The notes under the pieces are model-generated. The model ran no database searches. It saw only the letters and a program-made list of their open reading frames with translations, and was not told the origin of the DNA. From assembly GCA_043813605.1 (NCBI GenBank), contig JBDRKX010000032.1, positions 1 through 48,955 on the forward strand: DNA of 48,955 nt, given 5' to 3'. Below, piece by piece: positions 8,645 to 17,602 of this stretch. This DNA comes from Elusimicrobiota bacterium. GTDB lineage: Bacteria > CG03 > SLGR01 > JBDRKX01. Both the position numbers and the translations under genes were made by a program. The stretch's first letter is position 1. Every line of letters starts with the position of its first letter.

Positions 8645-9784
8645 TTACGATAGCAGTTTTGTTATCCGATTACTTTTCTCGGAGATAGCACCATTCTCGC
8701 ATCTTTCTATACAGCAGAAACACCTTATGCATTTTTTTAGATCAAAAGCCGGGTATTTACCGCAATAACTTATTGCTTCTGCGGGACAGATATCTATGCA
8801 GTTACCGCAGGTACTGCATTTACTGATATTTATCACAGGTTTCCTTGAGAGGAAAAGAGACAGTATTTTGACCAGCCAACTGGGAATTCTTGTTACAATG
8901 GCAGGTATAGCCGGGATCTTGAATCTCTTGAATTCCTCATCAGTTCCTTCATAGCAGTTTTTGACAGCTTTAGGTTCGATAAGGCCCAGTCCCCTCTCTG
9001 CTGCTTTCTTGTTTATTATGGATTTATGGGGATTGAACCCGCACATGCTGATAACAGCTGAATCCAATGCGTTGGCGTCATCACTTATGAAGATCCTGTT
9101 AAGCTTCTTCGTTTTTCCTGTTACAGGCCCTTGTCCATCCATTCCTTCAATGGCGTCAAGTATAGTATAATCCGGAACAACAGCTGAATAGATATCGCAG
9201 ATGGCATCCGCAAAATGCTTCGGGTCAGGCGCCCTGCGGTGCGTGTCGGCTTTTGAATTGCCGACGACCATGCCGAACATGTTCTTAATGCCGAGAGTGA
9301 ATGTCGTAAATGCATGAGTTTTCAGTTTGGGGATGTTCATAACGATGTCATATGAAGAATAACTTTCCGGGAGGAAGATATGTTTATATACCTTCCCATC
9401 TTTAATTTCGTGTTTTATCAGTCTCTGTCCGTCAAAAAAATCAAAATCGATATTCTGCCTTTCACAGACAGCCAGAAAACCGCTCTTTTCCGCGGCATGC
9501 ATGGCGTTCTCTTTACCCCGGCCGGACGGGCTGTCACCTATAAGGCATTTACCGCCATGTTCTTTGATATATTCAGCAACAGCTTCTACTACCAGAGGAT
9601 GCGTAGTAACGTTCTCTTCCGGCCGGTGAGCCTGGAGCATGTTGGGTTTGATGAGGATTTTTTTCCCTGAAAAAATTCCCGATAAATCCTTATCCTTGAA
9701 ATAGTCAGAGATTATTTCCTTAATATTTTTTTTGTTGTAACCGGTGCACCTGTAGATATATACAAAACTGTCCATAAATTTCAT
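8645..9784 (-). CDS. DUF362 protein with C-terminal 2x[4Fe-4S] ferredoxin
   Basis: ILIKPNML, TTHP, PKLKTH, GIKNMFG; CSTCGNCIDICP and CIRCFCCIERC. Confidence 0.88.
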   Translation of the reverse strand: MKFMDSFVYIYRCTGYNKKNIKEIISDYFKDKDLSGIFSGKKILIKPNMLQAHRPEENVTTHPLVVEAVAEYIKEHGGKCLIGDSPSGRGKENAMHAAEKSGFLAVCERQNIDFDFFDGQRLIKHEIKDGKVYKHIFLPESYSSYDIVMNIPKLKTHAFTTFTLGIKNMFGMVVGNSKADTHRRAPDPKHFADAICDIYSAVVPDYTILDAIEGMDGQGPVTGKTKKLNRIFISDDANALDSAVISMCGFNPHKSIINKKAAERGLGLIEPKAVKNCYEGTDEEFKRFKIPAIPAIVTRIPSWLVKILSLFLSRKPVINISKCSTCGNCIDICPAEAISYCGKYPAFDLKKCIRCFCCIERCENGAISEKSNRITKLLS

Positions 9785-10638
9785 CCCCTCGGGTGATACT
9801 TTCTGTGCATATCCTTTATACTTTTTCTGTTTACATGCGTATATATCTGTGTCGTATCTATATTAGAATGTCCCAGCAGTTCCTGTATGGTTCTCAGGTC
9901 CGCACCGTTTTCCAGCAGGTGTGTAGCGAAAGTGTGGCGCAATGTATGCGGGGTTATGTTCTTATTTATCCCGGTCTCTAATGAATGTTTTTTGACGATC
10001 TTCCAGACAGCTTCTCTTGTGAGCGGCCTGTTTTTTGCTTTTGAGAACAAAAAATTACCGGGTTTGTAGTTGCTTGTATCAATATGTTTCTTAAGAAGTC
10101 TGAGTATGCTTTCCCCGGCAGGCAGGAACCTTTCCTTGCCTCCCTTGCCGAAAATCCTTATCCATCCTCCATCAAAATCTATATCTTCACATTTCAGGCC
10201 GGTCAGTTCGGAAACCCTGATGCCTGTGACATAAAGAAGTTCAAGAAGCAGCCTGTTAGAGGGTTTCCGGGCTGAATCAATAAGCAGGTTTACTTCATCG
10301 ACTGTAAGTACCGCCGGCAGTTTTTCCGGTATCTTGGGAGAGTCTATGCCGTCTGCGGGGCTTTCGTCAACCATATCATCAAGCATCATAAACCTGTAAA
10401 GGCTCTTGATGGATGCCAGGAGCCTGGCAATAGAAGCGAGTGAAAGTATGTTTCTTTTAAAGAGGAGATAATCCATGATATGGCTGCGCAGGGCTTTTTC
10501 AGCAATAATGCCCTTCTTTTTCAGATAATCAAGGTAATCGGATATATCTCTTTTGTATGCTTCCAGTGTGTTGGACGAATGTCCTTTTTCCACATGAAGG
10601 TAATTGAGGAATTTTTGCAGGAGATCTTCCTCTGTCAT
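9781..10638 (-). CDS. xerD: Site-specific tyrosine recombinase XerD
   Basis: GIRVSEL, GKGGKER, PHTLRHTFATHLL, LGH, TTQIYTHV, C-terminal HPRG. Confidence 0.9.
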   Translation of the reverse strand: MTEEDLLQKFLNYLHVEKGHSSNTLEAYKRDISDYLDYLKKKGIIAEKALRSHIMDYLLFKRNILSLASIARLLASIKSLYRFMMLDDMVDESPADGIDSPKIPEKLPAVLTVDEVNLLIDSARKPSNRLLLELLYVTGIRVSELTGLKCEDIDFDGGWIRIFGKGGKERFLPAGESILRLLKKHIDTSNYKPGNFLFSKAKNRPLTREAVWKIVKKHSLETGINKNITPHTLRHTFATHLLENGADLRTIQELLGHSNIDTTQIYTHVNRKSIKDMHRKYHPRG

Positions 10639-10643
10639 TTTTT

Positions 10644-11267
10644 CTATAGTGTACCGGATCTGATGAACGGGTTTTCTTGCTTTTCCCTGCCGATGGTAGT
10701 AGTAGAGCCGTGTCCGGGAAATATCTCTACATTGTCGTCAAGTTTATATATCTTGTTCAATATGCTGTCTTTGAGTTCGTCCATACTGCCGCCCGGCAGG
10801 TCAGTCCGCCCTATTGAGTTATAGAAGATAACGTCTCCGGAAAAAAGCATACCGTTTGTATTTATTGATATGCCTCCGGGTGTATGTCCCGGAGTCTCCA
10901 TGATCTTCAATTCCATGGATCCGCTTTTAATAATATCCCCGTCTTCAACAAGGCGGTCGGGTTCAGCGGGTCTGACCTCTGCACCGAGTTTTATCTCCAT
11001 CTTCGATCTGAAATGATGGAATATGTCCAGATCCCTTTTCCCAAGAAGCACTTCAGCGCCAGTATGTGATTTAACATCATAGCCGGCACCTATATGATCC
11101 CAGTGGGCATGAGTGTATATTATGTGGCTTACGGGAACAGACAGTTTATCTATAGTCCGGATTATTCTTTCAGATTCAGCTCCGGGATCTATTATAACTG
11201 CGTTGTCGGTATATAGGATATAACAGTTTGATGATAAATAACCGACTGTCAGTGTCTCAAGTGTCAT
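10644..11267 (-). CDS. MBL-fold metallo-hydrolase (glyoxalase II-like)
   Basis: [34 protein letters not shown]. Confidence 0.9.
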   Translation of the reverse strand: MTLETLTVGYLSSNCYILYTDNAVIIDPGAESERIIRTIDKLSVPVSHIIYTHAHWDHIGAGYDVKSHTGAEVLLGKRDLDIFHHFRSKMEIKLGAEVRPAEPDRLVEDGDIIKSGSMELKIMETPGHTPGGISINTNGMLFSGDVIFYNSIGRTDLPGGSMDELKDSILNKIYKLDDNVEIFPGHGSTTTIGREKQENPFIRSGTL

Positions 11268-12298
11268 TTATCTTCTGCCTCTTCTTCAGGTTCTTTTACC
11301 GGCGTATCGGGTAAGAGCATAGCCCGTATGCGGTTTTCGATCTTGGAGGCAAAATCAGGATGTTTTTTTAAATAGTCGATCGTATTTATCCTTCCCTGTC
11401 CGAGCTGTTCGTTCTTGTAGGAATACCATGTGCCGCTTTTTTCTATGATCTTTTCCTGGAGCGCTATATCGATAAGACAGCCTTCCCGTGAAATACCTTC
11501 ACCATATATTATGTCAAATTCGGCTTTTCTAAACGGCGGCGCAACCTTGTTTTTTGCAACTTTTACACGTATTCTGTTTCCTATCGCGTCTTCACCTGAT
11601 TTGATCGAGCCGATCCTCCTTATATCCAGTCTTACAGAAGCATAGAATTTAAGCGCCCTGCCGCCCGGGGTAATTTCAGGGCTGCCGAACATGACGCCGA
11701 TCTTTTCTCTTAACTGGTTGACGAATACCGTCGTTGTTATCGATTTGGAAATAGTCGCAGTAAGTTTTCTTAATGCCTGGGACATAAGTCTGGCCTGAAG
11801 GCCTACATGCGTGTCGCCCATACTGCCTTCAAGTTCGGCTTTTGGCACAAGGGCCGCGACACTGTCGATTACGATTATATCGACTGCTCCACTCCTGACA
11901 AGGGTATCGACTATTTCCATTGCCTGTTCCCCGTAATCAGGCTGAGAAATAAGGAGGTTGTCTATATCTACGCCGATTTTCCTTGAATATGAAGGATCAA
12001 GGGCATGTTCGGCATCGATGTACGCGGCATTGCCGCCTTGAGCCTGGCAGTTGGCTACAAGCTGCAGGGAGAGAGTCGTTTTTCCTGATGCTTCAGGACC
12101 GTATATTTCTATTACCCTTCCTTTTGGTATTCCCCCTACTCCTAATGCAATATCGAGTGTAAGGGCGCCGGTAGGTATCACTGCTACTTTCTGACGATAT
12201 TTATCATCCCCCAGTTTCATAATTGTACCTTTGCCGAATTTTTTTTCTATCTGCCCGACTGCTCTGTCAAGAGCTGTATCTTTTTTGTTCTCTTCCAT
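11264..12298 (-). CDS. recA: Recombinase RecA
   Basis: [45 protein letters not shown]. Confidence 0.99.
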   Translation of the reverse strand: MEENKKDTALDRAVGQIEKKFGKGTIMKLGDDKYRQKVAVIPTGALTLDIALGVGGIPKGRVIEIYGPEASGKTTLSLQLVANCQAQGGNAAYIDAEHALDPSYSRKIGVDIDNLLISQPDYGEQAMEIVDTLVRSGAVDIIVIDSVAALVPKAELEGSMGDTHVGLQARLMSQALRKLTATISKSITTTVFVNQLREKIGVMFGSPEITPGGRALKFYASVRLDIRRIGSIKSGEDAIGNRIRVKVAKNKVAPPFRKAEFDIIYGEGISREGCLIDIALQEKIIEKSGTWYSYKNEQLGQGRINTIDYLKKHPDFASKIENRIRAMLLPDTPVKEPEEEAEDK

Positions 12299-12368
12299 AT
12301 TTCCTCCTGCTGATATTTCAGCATTGCAGGCGCCTTACGGTTTTATAGCGCAGAGCACCTGTTTATCG

Positions 12369-12818
12369 CTATATGATATAATAGATTATCCGTAGAATCA
12401 GATTCGTGATCAGGCCCGCATAAAGGTCGTCCAGCATTATTCCAAGTCCGCCCGCTACGATCTGGAGCTTGTTCATGGGATATATCTTCATGATATCGAA
12501 TATCCTGAATATAATAAAGCCGAGTATAACAAGTCCCGCGGATTTCGGAAGAAAAGCCATTGCTACCAGGAATCCGACTATTTCATCGATAACTACCTGT
12601 GGCGGGTCTATTTCATTCATCATCTCTTCGGTTCTACCGGCTGTCAGTACTCCGATAAAAGTCATTATGACGAGCAGAGTCCAGTAAAACGGGTACGAAG
12701 TGACCGGTATGAACAAAAAATATACGACAGCGGCCAGTATGGTGCCTACCGTACCCGGGGCTGGGAGTTTTTCTCCCAGGAAAAAACCTGTAGCTATAAA
12801 TCTTATTATCCAGTTCAT
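12369..12818 (-). CDS. pgpA: Phosphatidylglycerophosphatase A
   Basis: APGTVGT, DPPQVVIDEIVG, FRIFDI, GGLGIMLDD. Confidence 0.93.
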   Translation of the reverse strand: MNWIIRFIATGFFLGEKLPAPGTVGTILAAVVYFLFIPVTSYPFYWTLLVIMTFIGVLTAGRTEEMMNEIDPPQVVIDEIVGFLVAMAFLPKSAGLVILGFIIFRIFDIMKIYPMNKLQIVAGGLGIMLDDLYAGLITNLILRIIYYII

Positions 12819-13366
12819 ATTGCCTCCTGATTTTCTTTAAAAAGACTTCTATTTGCCGGCAGGTACAGGATCCCGCTCCATACAGCAGCCAAAGCTGCTA
12901 TTATGGCCAGATAATTTGCTGCTCTGGTTAATATACCTGTGATCAGTATAAGAAGAATCAGATAGACGCATATGGTCTGAACTACGGTTTTGATCTTCCC
13001 TGATATGGATGCGGCAATAATCCTGTTGTTTACCGCGGCAAACGTTCGCAATCCATTTATAATAAATTCCCTTGATATAATCAATATTACCGGCCATGAA
13101 CTGATTGAGATCTCATCCAGTTTTATAAATATCGTAAATGCACATATGATCAGCAGTTTATCGGCAAGCGGATCGAGAAATTTTCCGAGTGAAGAAACTT
13201 CCCTGCGTTTTCTCGCGGCCCATCCATCCAGGTAGTCTGTTAATGAAGCAGCCGTAAATACCAGAAGAGCGGCAATATGGAAAAATTGAGAACTCTGCAG
13301 AAGGAAACATGCAAAAGGGATTATCAACAGTATCCTGAAAAAAGTGAGTTTATTAGCCAGATTCAT
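12815..13366 (-). CDS. pgsA: CDP-diacylglycerol--glycerol-3-phosphate phosphatidyltransferase
   Basis: MNLANKLTFFRI, TDYLDGWAAR...GKFLDPLADK, GKIKT; ATG 13366 preferred. Confidence 0.95.
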   Translation of the reverse strand: MNLANKLTFFRILLIIPFACFLLQSSQFFHIAALLVFTAASLTDYLDGWAARKRREVSSLGKFLDPLADKLLIICAFTIFIKLDEISISSWPVILIISREFIINGLRTFAAVNNRIIAASISGKIKTVVQTICVYLILLILITGILTRAANYLAIIAALAAVWSGILYLPANRSLFKENQEAI

Positions 13367-14057
13367 TAAAAAACTCCATTTCACATACTCCTTTTGTATT
13401 GCCCTCGCTCATATCTATAGAATCATATTCTTCTGTCAAAATGTTCTTATAGTATAATTGAAGGCCATTTGCATTCCCCACACGGATCTTCAACCTGCTG
13501 GTTGCCTGCCATATGTTTTCTTTTCCGCCGGCTATGATGCCTTCGTGGATGATCTCCCCGTCAGCCGTGATCCTTACCCATGTAGGTTCTATTGTAATAC
13601 TTTTGATTACGACAGGGTCATATGTATAAGGTGCTGTATCCGGATAGACAGCGACAGAATCATGACTGGAATAGAATTTTAGTAAGAATTCTGCCGCTTT
13701 GCCTTTCAGCAGAAATCCGGATATTACTATAAGAACTGCTGCTGTTAATACTGTTATTAACGTTGATCTTCCTGTTTTTGAGGGTGCGTAATATGTTTTC
13801 GGCAATTGGGTAATAGGCCCGATATTCGGTAATAAGGAAAGATCCGCCTGTATATCCTCGTCGTCGATACCGAGATATTCTGCATATATCTTCAGAAAAC
13901 CTGCTGCATAAAACCTTGCTTCGAATTGGCTGAAATCGTCTTCTTCAATAGCCTTTAGTTTATCTAAAGGCACCTTGGTCTCCCTCGCGACCTGTTCCAG
14001 TGATATGCCTTTGTCTTTTCTGATTTTTCTCAGTTTATTCATATAAATAGTAGTCAA
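13353..14057 (-). CDS. rodZ: RodZ-like protein (HTH + TM + DUF4115)
   Basis: N-terminal HTH 'GISLEQVARETKV...GFLKIYAEYLG', TM segment, 'TWVRITADG...RVGNANG'. Confidence 0.85.
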   Translation of the reverse strand: MTTIYMNKLRKIRKDKGISLEQVARETKVPLDKLKAIEEDDFSQFEARFYAAGFLKIYAEYLGIDDEDIQADLSLLPNIGPITQLPKTYYAPSKTGRSTLITVLTAAVLIVISGFLLKGKAAEFLLKFYSSHDSVAVYPDTAPYTYDPVVIKSITIEPTWVRITADGEIIHEGIIAGGKENIWQATSRLKIRVGNANGLQLYYKNILTEEYDSIDMSEGNTKGVCEMEFFNESG

Positions 14058-14761
14058 TCAATATATATGACATTGACGTCTGTCGCCGGCTTAAAATTAA
14101 AGTAATCTTCATTGAATTGAGGATTCGAAACATAATTGTCGAAAACGGTGACTGACCTGATATGTTCCGCCGTAACAACAGTCTTAGCGGGAAAATAAGT
14201 TATTTCATAGAATTGTATGACCATGCGGTTGAAATCCTTTCTGTCATGGGGTACGGCTTCCAGTATCATGCCGGCGGAGTTGTCGGCTATACTGAGCTCA
14301 AACTTATTTTTCAGTATCTCGAATGAATCGGGAGAGAACAACATAGAAACAGTCACACCCAGTAAAGATGAAAAATCGGTACACTCCTGTACAGTAGCCT
14401 GTTTTATAGAGGGTATATAAGTATAAAGCTTGCCGTGAAAGAAATATATTTCCTGTTTTTGCGGTTTAGTATATTTTACTTTAAGCATGTCGGGTTTTTT
14501 GAAAAATACCTCTGCCTTGACCGTGTGCGTACTCCCTGCCAGGTATGTATTTTGATGAAAACTGAAAGATATTGTCTCAATTCCCTTTATGCTGGCATCA
14601 AAAGCGGCAGCCAGCTTTTCAATAGAAGATAATGCAGCGGATGTATCAGTACTGAGACCTTTATCGGAACATATCCCCGGTACCGGTTTTAAACAGTAAA
14701 GAATAACAGAAAAGATAAAGACTGCAAGGTTAATCTGTTTTATCATCAAAGTAATCTTCAC
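14054..14761 (-). CDS. lolA: Outer-membrane lipoprotein carrier LolA-like
   Basis: 'FKKPDMLKVKYTKPQKQEI...LYTYIPSIKQ', 'FNFKP'; directly downstream of ftsK. Confidence 0.8.
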   Translation of the reverse strand: MKITLMIKQINLAVFIFSVILYCLKPVPGICSDKGLSTDTSAALSSIEKLAAAFDASIKGIETISFSFHQNTYLAGSTHTVKAEVFFKKPDMLKVKYTKPQKQEIYFFHGKLYTYIPSIKQATVQECTDFSSLLGVTVSMLFSPDSFEILKNKFELSIADNSAGMILEAVPHDRKDFNRMVIQFYEITYFPAKTVVTAEHIRSVTVFDNYVSNPQFNEDYFNFKPATDVNVIYID

Positions 14762-16865
14762 TGACGAGTACTTCCCTGCCTTTTGTACCGTTATCTTCAG
14801 ATATGATACCGCTATCTTCCATCTTGTCGATAATACGGGCAGCCCGGTTGTATCCTATTCTGAGACGCCTTTGTAGAAGAGAAATAGATGCCTTCTGGAG
14901 CTTTGCAACCATCTCAAGTGCTTCAGGATAAATATCATCCTCAAATGAACTTTCGGAGCGCTTCTTCTGTATGTGTCCTTCAAGATTGAGGCCTGTCCTG
15001 GGTTTGAAGTCAGTGTTCCTGAGATATTCTACAACTCGCTCTACTTCATTCCTGGCTACAAAACATCCCTGGAGCCTTTCAGGCTGAGGGCGCTCTGTAG
15101 AGAGGTATAGCATATCTCCTTTGCCCAGAAGTTTTTCAGCGCCGTTGCTGTCAAGTATAGTGCGGGAATCTACCCCGCTCAGAACATTGAAAGCGATCCT
15201 GGCAGGGAGATTGGCTTTAATTATTCCTGTTATAACATCTACAGACGGCCGCTGAGTAGCAAGGACAAGATGTATACCGACAGCTCTTGCCATCTGCGCT
15301 ATCCTGACTATGGCCAATTCGACTTTGTCTCTGGCCAGGACCATCAGATCGGCTAATTCGTCTATTACAACAACAATATGGGGCATTTTCTCCATATCTT
15401 CGTTTTTTTCTGCCTTTGAATTATATGAGGCGAGATCAAGAACATTATTAGCTGCAAGTATATCATATCTGGAATCCATCTCCATAGTAACCGCATTAAG
15501 GAGTTTAACAGCCTTGGCCGAATCTGTTACTACGTCGCAGTCAAGGTGGGGTATCCCGTTGTATACCGGAAGTTCTACACGTTTTGGATCGATGAAGAGA
15601 AACCTGACTTCATCAGGAGATGATTTAAACAGAATACTGTTGATAAGGCCGTGTATTGCAACGCTTTTTCCTGAGCCCGTTGCACCGGCAAGAAGAAGAT
15701 GAGGCATCTGAGAAAGGTCCGCAACTTCCGATGTCCCATCTACAGTTTTACCCAGGCAATAAGGCAGATTGGTATCCAAAGAAGTGTATTCTTCGGATGA
15801 AAGGATGTCTCTTAAATAGACAGTTTCCTGTTCTAGAGCGGGTACTTCAACCCCCACGGCGGCTTTACCGGGTATCGGTGTTAATAACCTTACGGTTTTT
15901 GCTTCGAGAGCCATCGCGATATTGGATTCGAGGTTTCGTATTCTTGAAAGCTTTATGTCAGGAGGCAGTACTATTTCATATCTTGTTATTGCAGGGCCGA
16001 TATTTATATGAGATATTTCAGCAGAAATCTCAAAATTTGAAAGAACTTCAATAAGCTTGTTGCCGCGCTCCGCCTCTTCGTCGAGTTTCTGTTTTGTAAC
16101 AGGCGGTTCTGCAAGGAGTTCCAATGGAATGGAATATAGAACAGTTCCACCTGAAGCAAGTTGAAGGGATGACCTGTCAACCTGCGGTACATCCTTAGGT
16201 TCCGGTTTAATCTGTTTTTGTTTATCCTTCTTTTTTCCTGATTCGTCTTTTTTCGGTTTTATACAGGTCTTTGAAAATATTTTCTTTGTGTCTTTAACCT
16301 CTTTAGCCGGTTTGGGGACAACATCCGGTTTGGCCGTTTTCGTTTTCCGCTTCAGCAAGGATCTCGCTATGGCGGATATGATCTTTGAAAAAGCGGCAAG
16401 GCTGTTCTTAATTGATATATCAGCCATTAGGATAAAGGATATAAGAAGCATGGCTCCGGATAATATATATGCTCCTGCGTGCCCGAAAACGCTGCGTATG
16501 ATAACGTCAGTTGAAAAATCACCGAGGATGCCTCCTGCTTTCTCTCCAAATATAACATGCAGGAGTATTGTCGCTCCTGCAGTAGCAAGAAGGAATCCTG
16601 CACACATGGAGTATCTTAACTGGAATATTTTGTGCTTAAATTCTGTTACTGCCCACCATAATAGTATGAGAGGTATGAGATAACAGACATATCCAAGGAA
16701 ATCTGTCAGACTGACTGATAATAAAGAACCGACTGCACCGACATATTTTTTGTCGCCTCCGGAGATGAATGATATAAAGAGGATCATTGAAAATGCGACA
16801 AGGAATATCCCGGTAATATCTTTTCTTTTTGTTGAATCTGAAATTTGTTTTTTTATTTTCGGCAT
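14730..16865 (-). CDS. ftsK: DNA translocase FtsK
   Basis: N-terminal TM helices; PHLLLAGATGSGKS, IDELADLM, ATQRPSVDV; gamma domain SISLLQRRLRIGYNRAARI. Confidence 0.97.
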   Translation of the reverse strand: MPKIKKQISDSTKRKDITGIFLVAFSMILFISFISGGDKKYVGAVGSLLSVSLTDFLGYVCYLIPLILLWWAVTEFKHKIFQLRYSMCAGFLLATAGATILLHVIFGEKAGGILGDFSTDVIIRSVFGHAGAYILSGAMLLISFILMADISIKNSLAAFSKIISAIARSLLKRKTKTAKPDVVPKPAKEVKDTKKIFSKTCIKPKKDESGKKKDKQKQIKPEPKDVPQVDRSSLQLASGGTVLYSIPLELLAEPPVTKQKLDEEAERGNKLIEVLSNFEISAEISHINIGPAITRYEIVLPPDIKLSRIRNLESNIAMALEAKTVRLLTPIPGKAAVGVEVPALEQETVYLRDILSSEEYTSLDTNLPYCLGKTVDGTSEVADLSQMPHLLLAGATGSGKSVAIHGLINSILFKSSPDEVRFLFIDPKRVELPVYNGIPHLDCDVVTDSAKAVKLLNAVTMEMDSRYDILAANNVLDLASYNSKAEKNEDMEKMPHIVVVIDELADLMVLARDKVELAIVRIAQMARAVGIHLVLATQRPSVDVITGIIKANLPARIAFNVLSGVDSRTILDSNGAEKLLGKGDMLYLSTERPQPERLQGCFVARNEVERVVEYLRNTDFKPRTGLNLEGHIQKKRSESSFEDDIYPEALEMVAKLQKASISLLQRRLRIGYNRAARIIDKMEDSGIISEDNGTKGREVLVSEDYFDDKTD

Positions 16866-16908
16866 GTCGAAAAATCAGCGCATCTTTTTATAAAGCGATA
16901 GTGCGTGC

Positions 16909-17124
16909 TCACTGCCCACCGCCGGTTCTTTTTACAATGATATTCCAGCCATCTCTTTCAATATCAACAAGGCCTTCAGTAACAAGACCTCCCAGGGCTA
17001 AAAGCAGGTCGGTTTCGGGACATTCAAGATGCAGTTTCAGCTCAACCGTATTTACTTTGTCATTGACCTGGAGAAAGTTGCGGATACGTTCCCTTAATTT
17101 TCCGATATTGTCATTAATAGACAT
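16909..17124 (-). CDS. Small winged-helix protein (DUF2582-like)
   Basis: 'IG...I..FL...ELK..L...ETDLLLALGGLVTEG' resembles DUF2582. Confidence 0.55.
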   Translation of the reverse strand: MSINDNIGKLRERIRNFLQVNDKVNTVELKLHLECPETDLLLALGGLVTEGLVDIERDGWNIIVKRTGGGQ

Positions 17125-17591
17125 TATTGATTCTCGATCTTGAAAAGTGCCTGCCCGACTTTAACAGGCATTCCGGTTTCGACCATGATTTCCAGTATCT
17201 TGCAATTGTGTTCGACCTGCACCTCGTTCATCAGTTTCATAGCTTCTATGATACATACGGTTTCGCCTACATTGACCTGGCTGTTTTTCTTGACAAACGG
17301 CGGAGACCCCGGCGAAGGAGCGGAATAAAAGACACCATTCATAGGAGACCTGATGTAGAGAGAAGTGTCGATCTCTTCCTCCTTCTCTACATCTTTTTTT
17401 CTGATTATTTTCTGATGATTGATCAGATCATGGACAGGGACGCTGCTGCTGCCCTGCCTTTTTATTTTCAGATGACATCCTTCATCTTCTTCCCAGGTCA
17501 GTTCATCCAGATCTTCTTTGACCATTAAACTGTATACCGTATCGACAATATCCGCTAATTTACTTTTGTTTTTTTTCTTTGATGTCGTCAT
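17124..17591 (-). CDS. accB: Biotin carboxyl carrier protein
   Basis: SPMNGVFYSAPSPGSPPFV, IIEAMKLMNE biotinylation motif. Confidence 0.93.
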   Translation of the reverse strand: MTTSKKKNKSKLADIVDTVYSLMVKEDLDELTWEEDEGCHLKIKRQGSSSVPVHDLINHQKIIRKKDVEKEEEIDTSLYIRSPMNGVFYSAPSPGSPPFVKKNSQVNVGETVCIIEAMKLMNEVQVEHNCKILEIMVETGMPVKVGQALFKIENQ

Positions 17592-17602
17592 AAGTTATTC
17601 TC

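Noticed and set aside
9781..10638. Tyrosine recombinase as an integrase of a mobile island
   Set aside because: Has XerD hallmarks, sits in a housekeeping operon, and no att sites or cargo are visible
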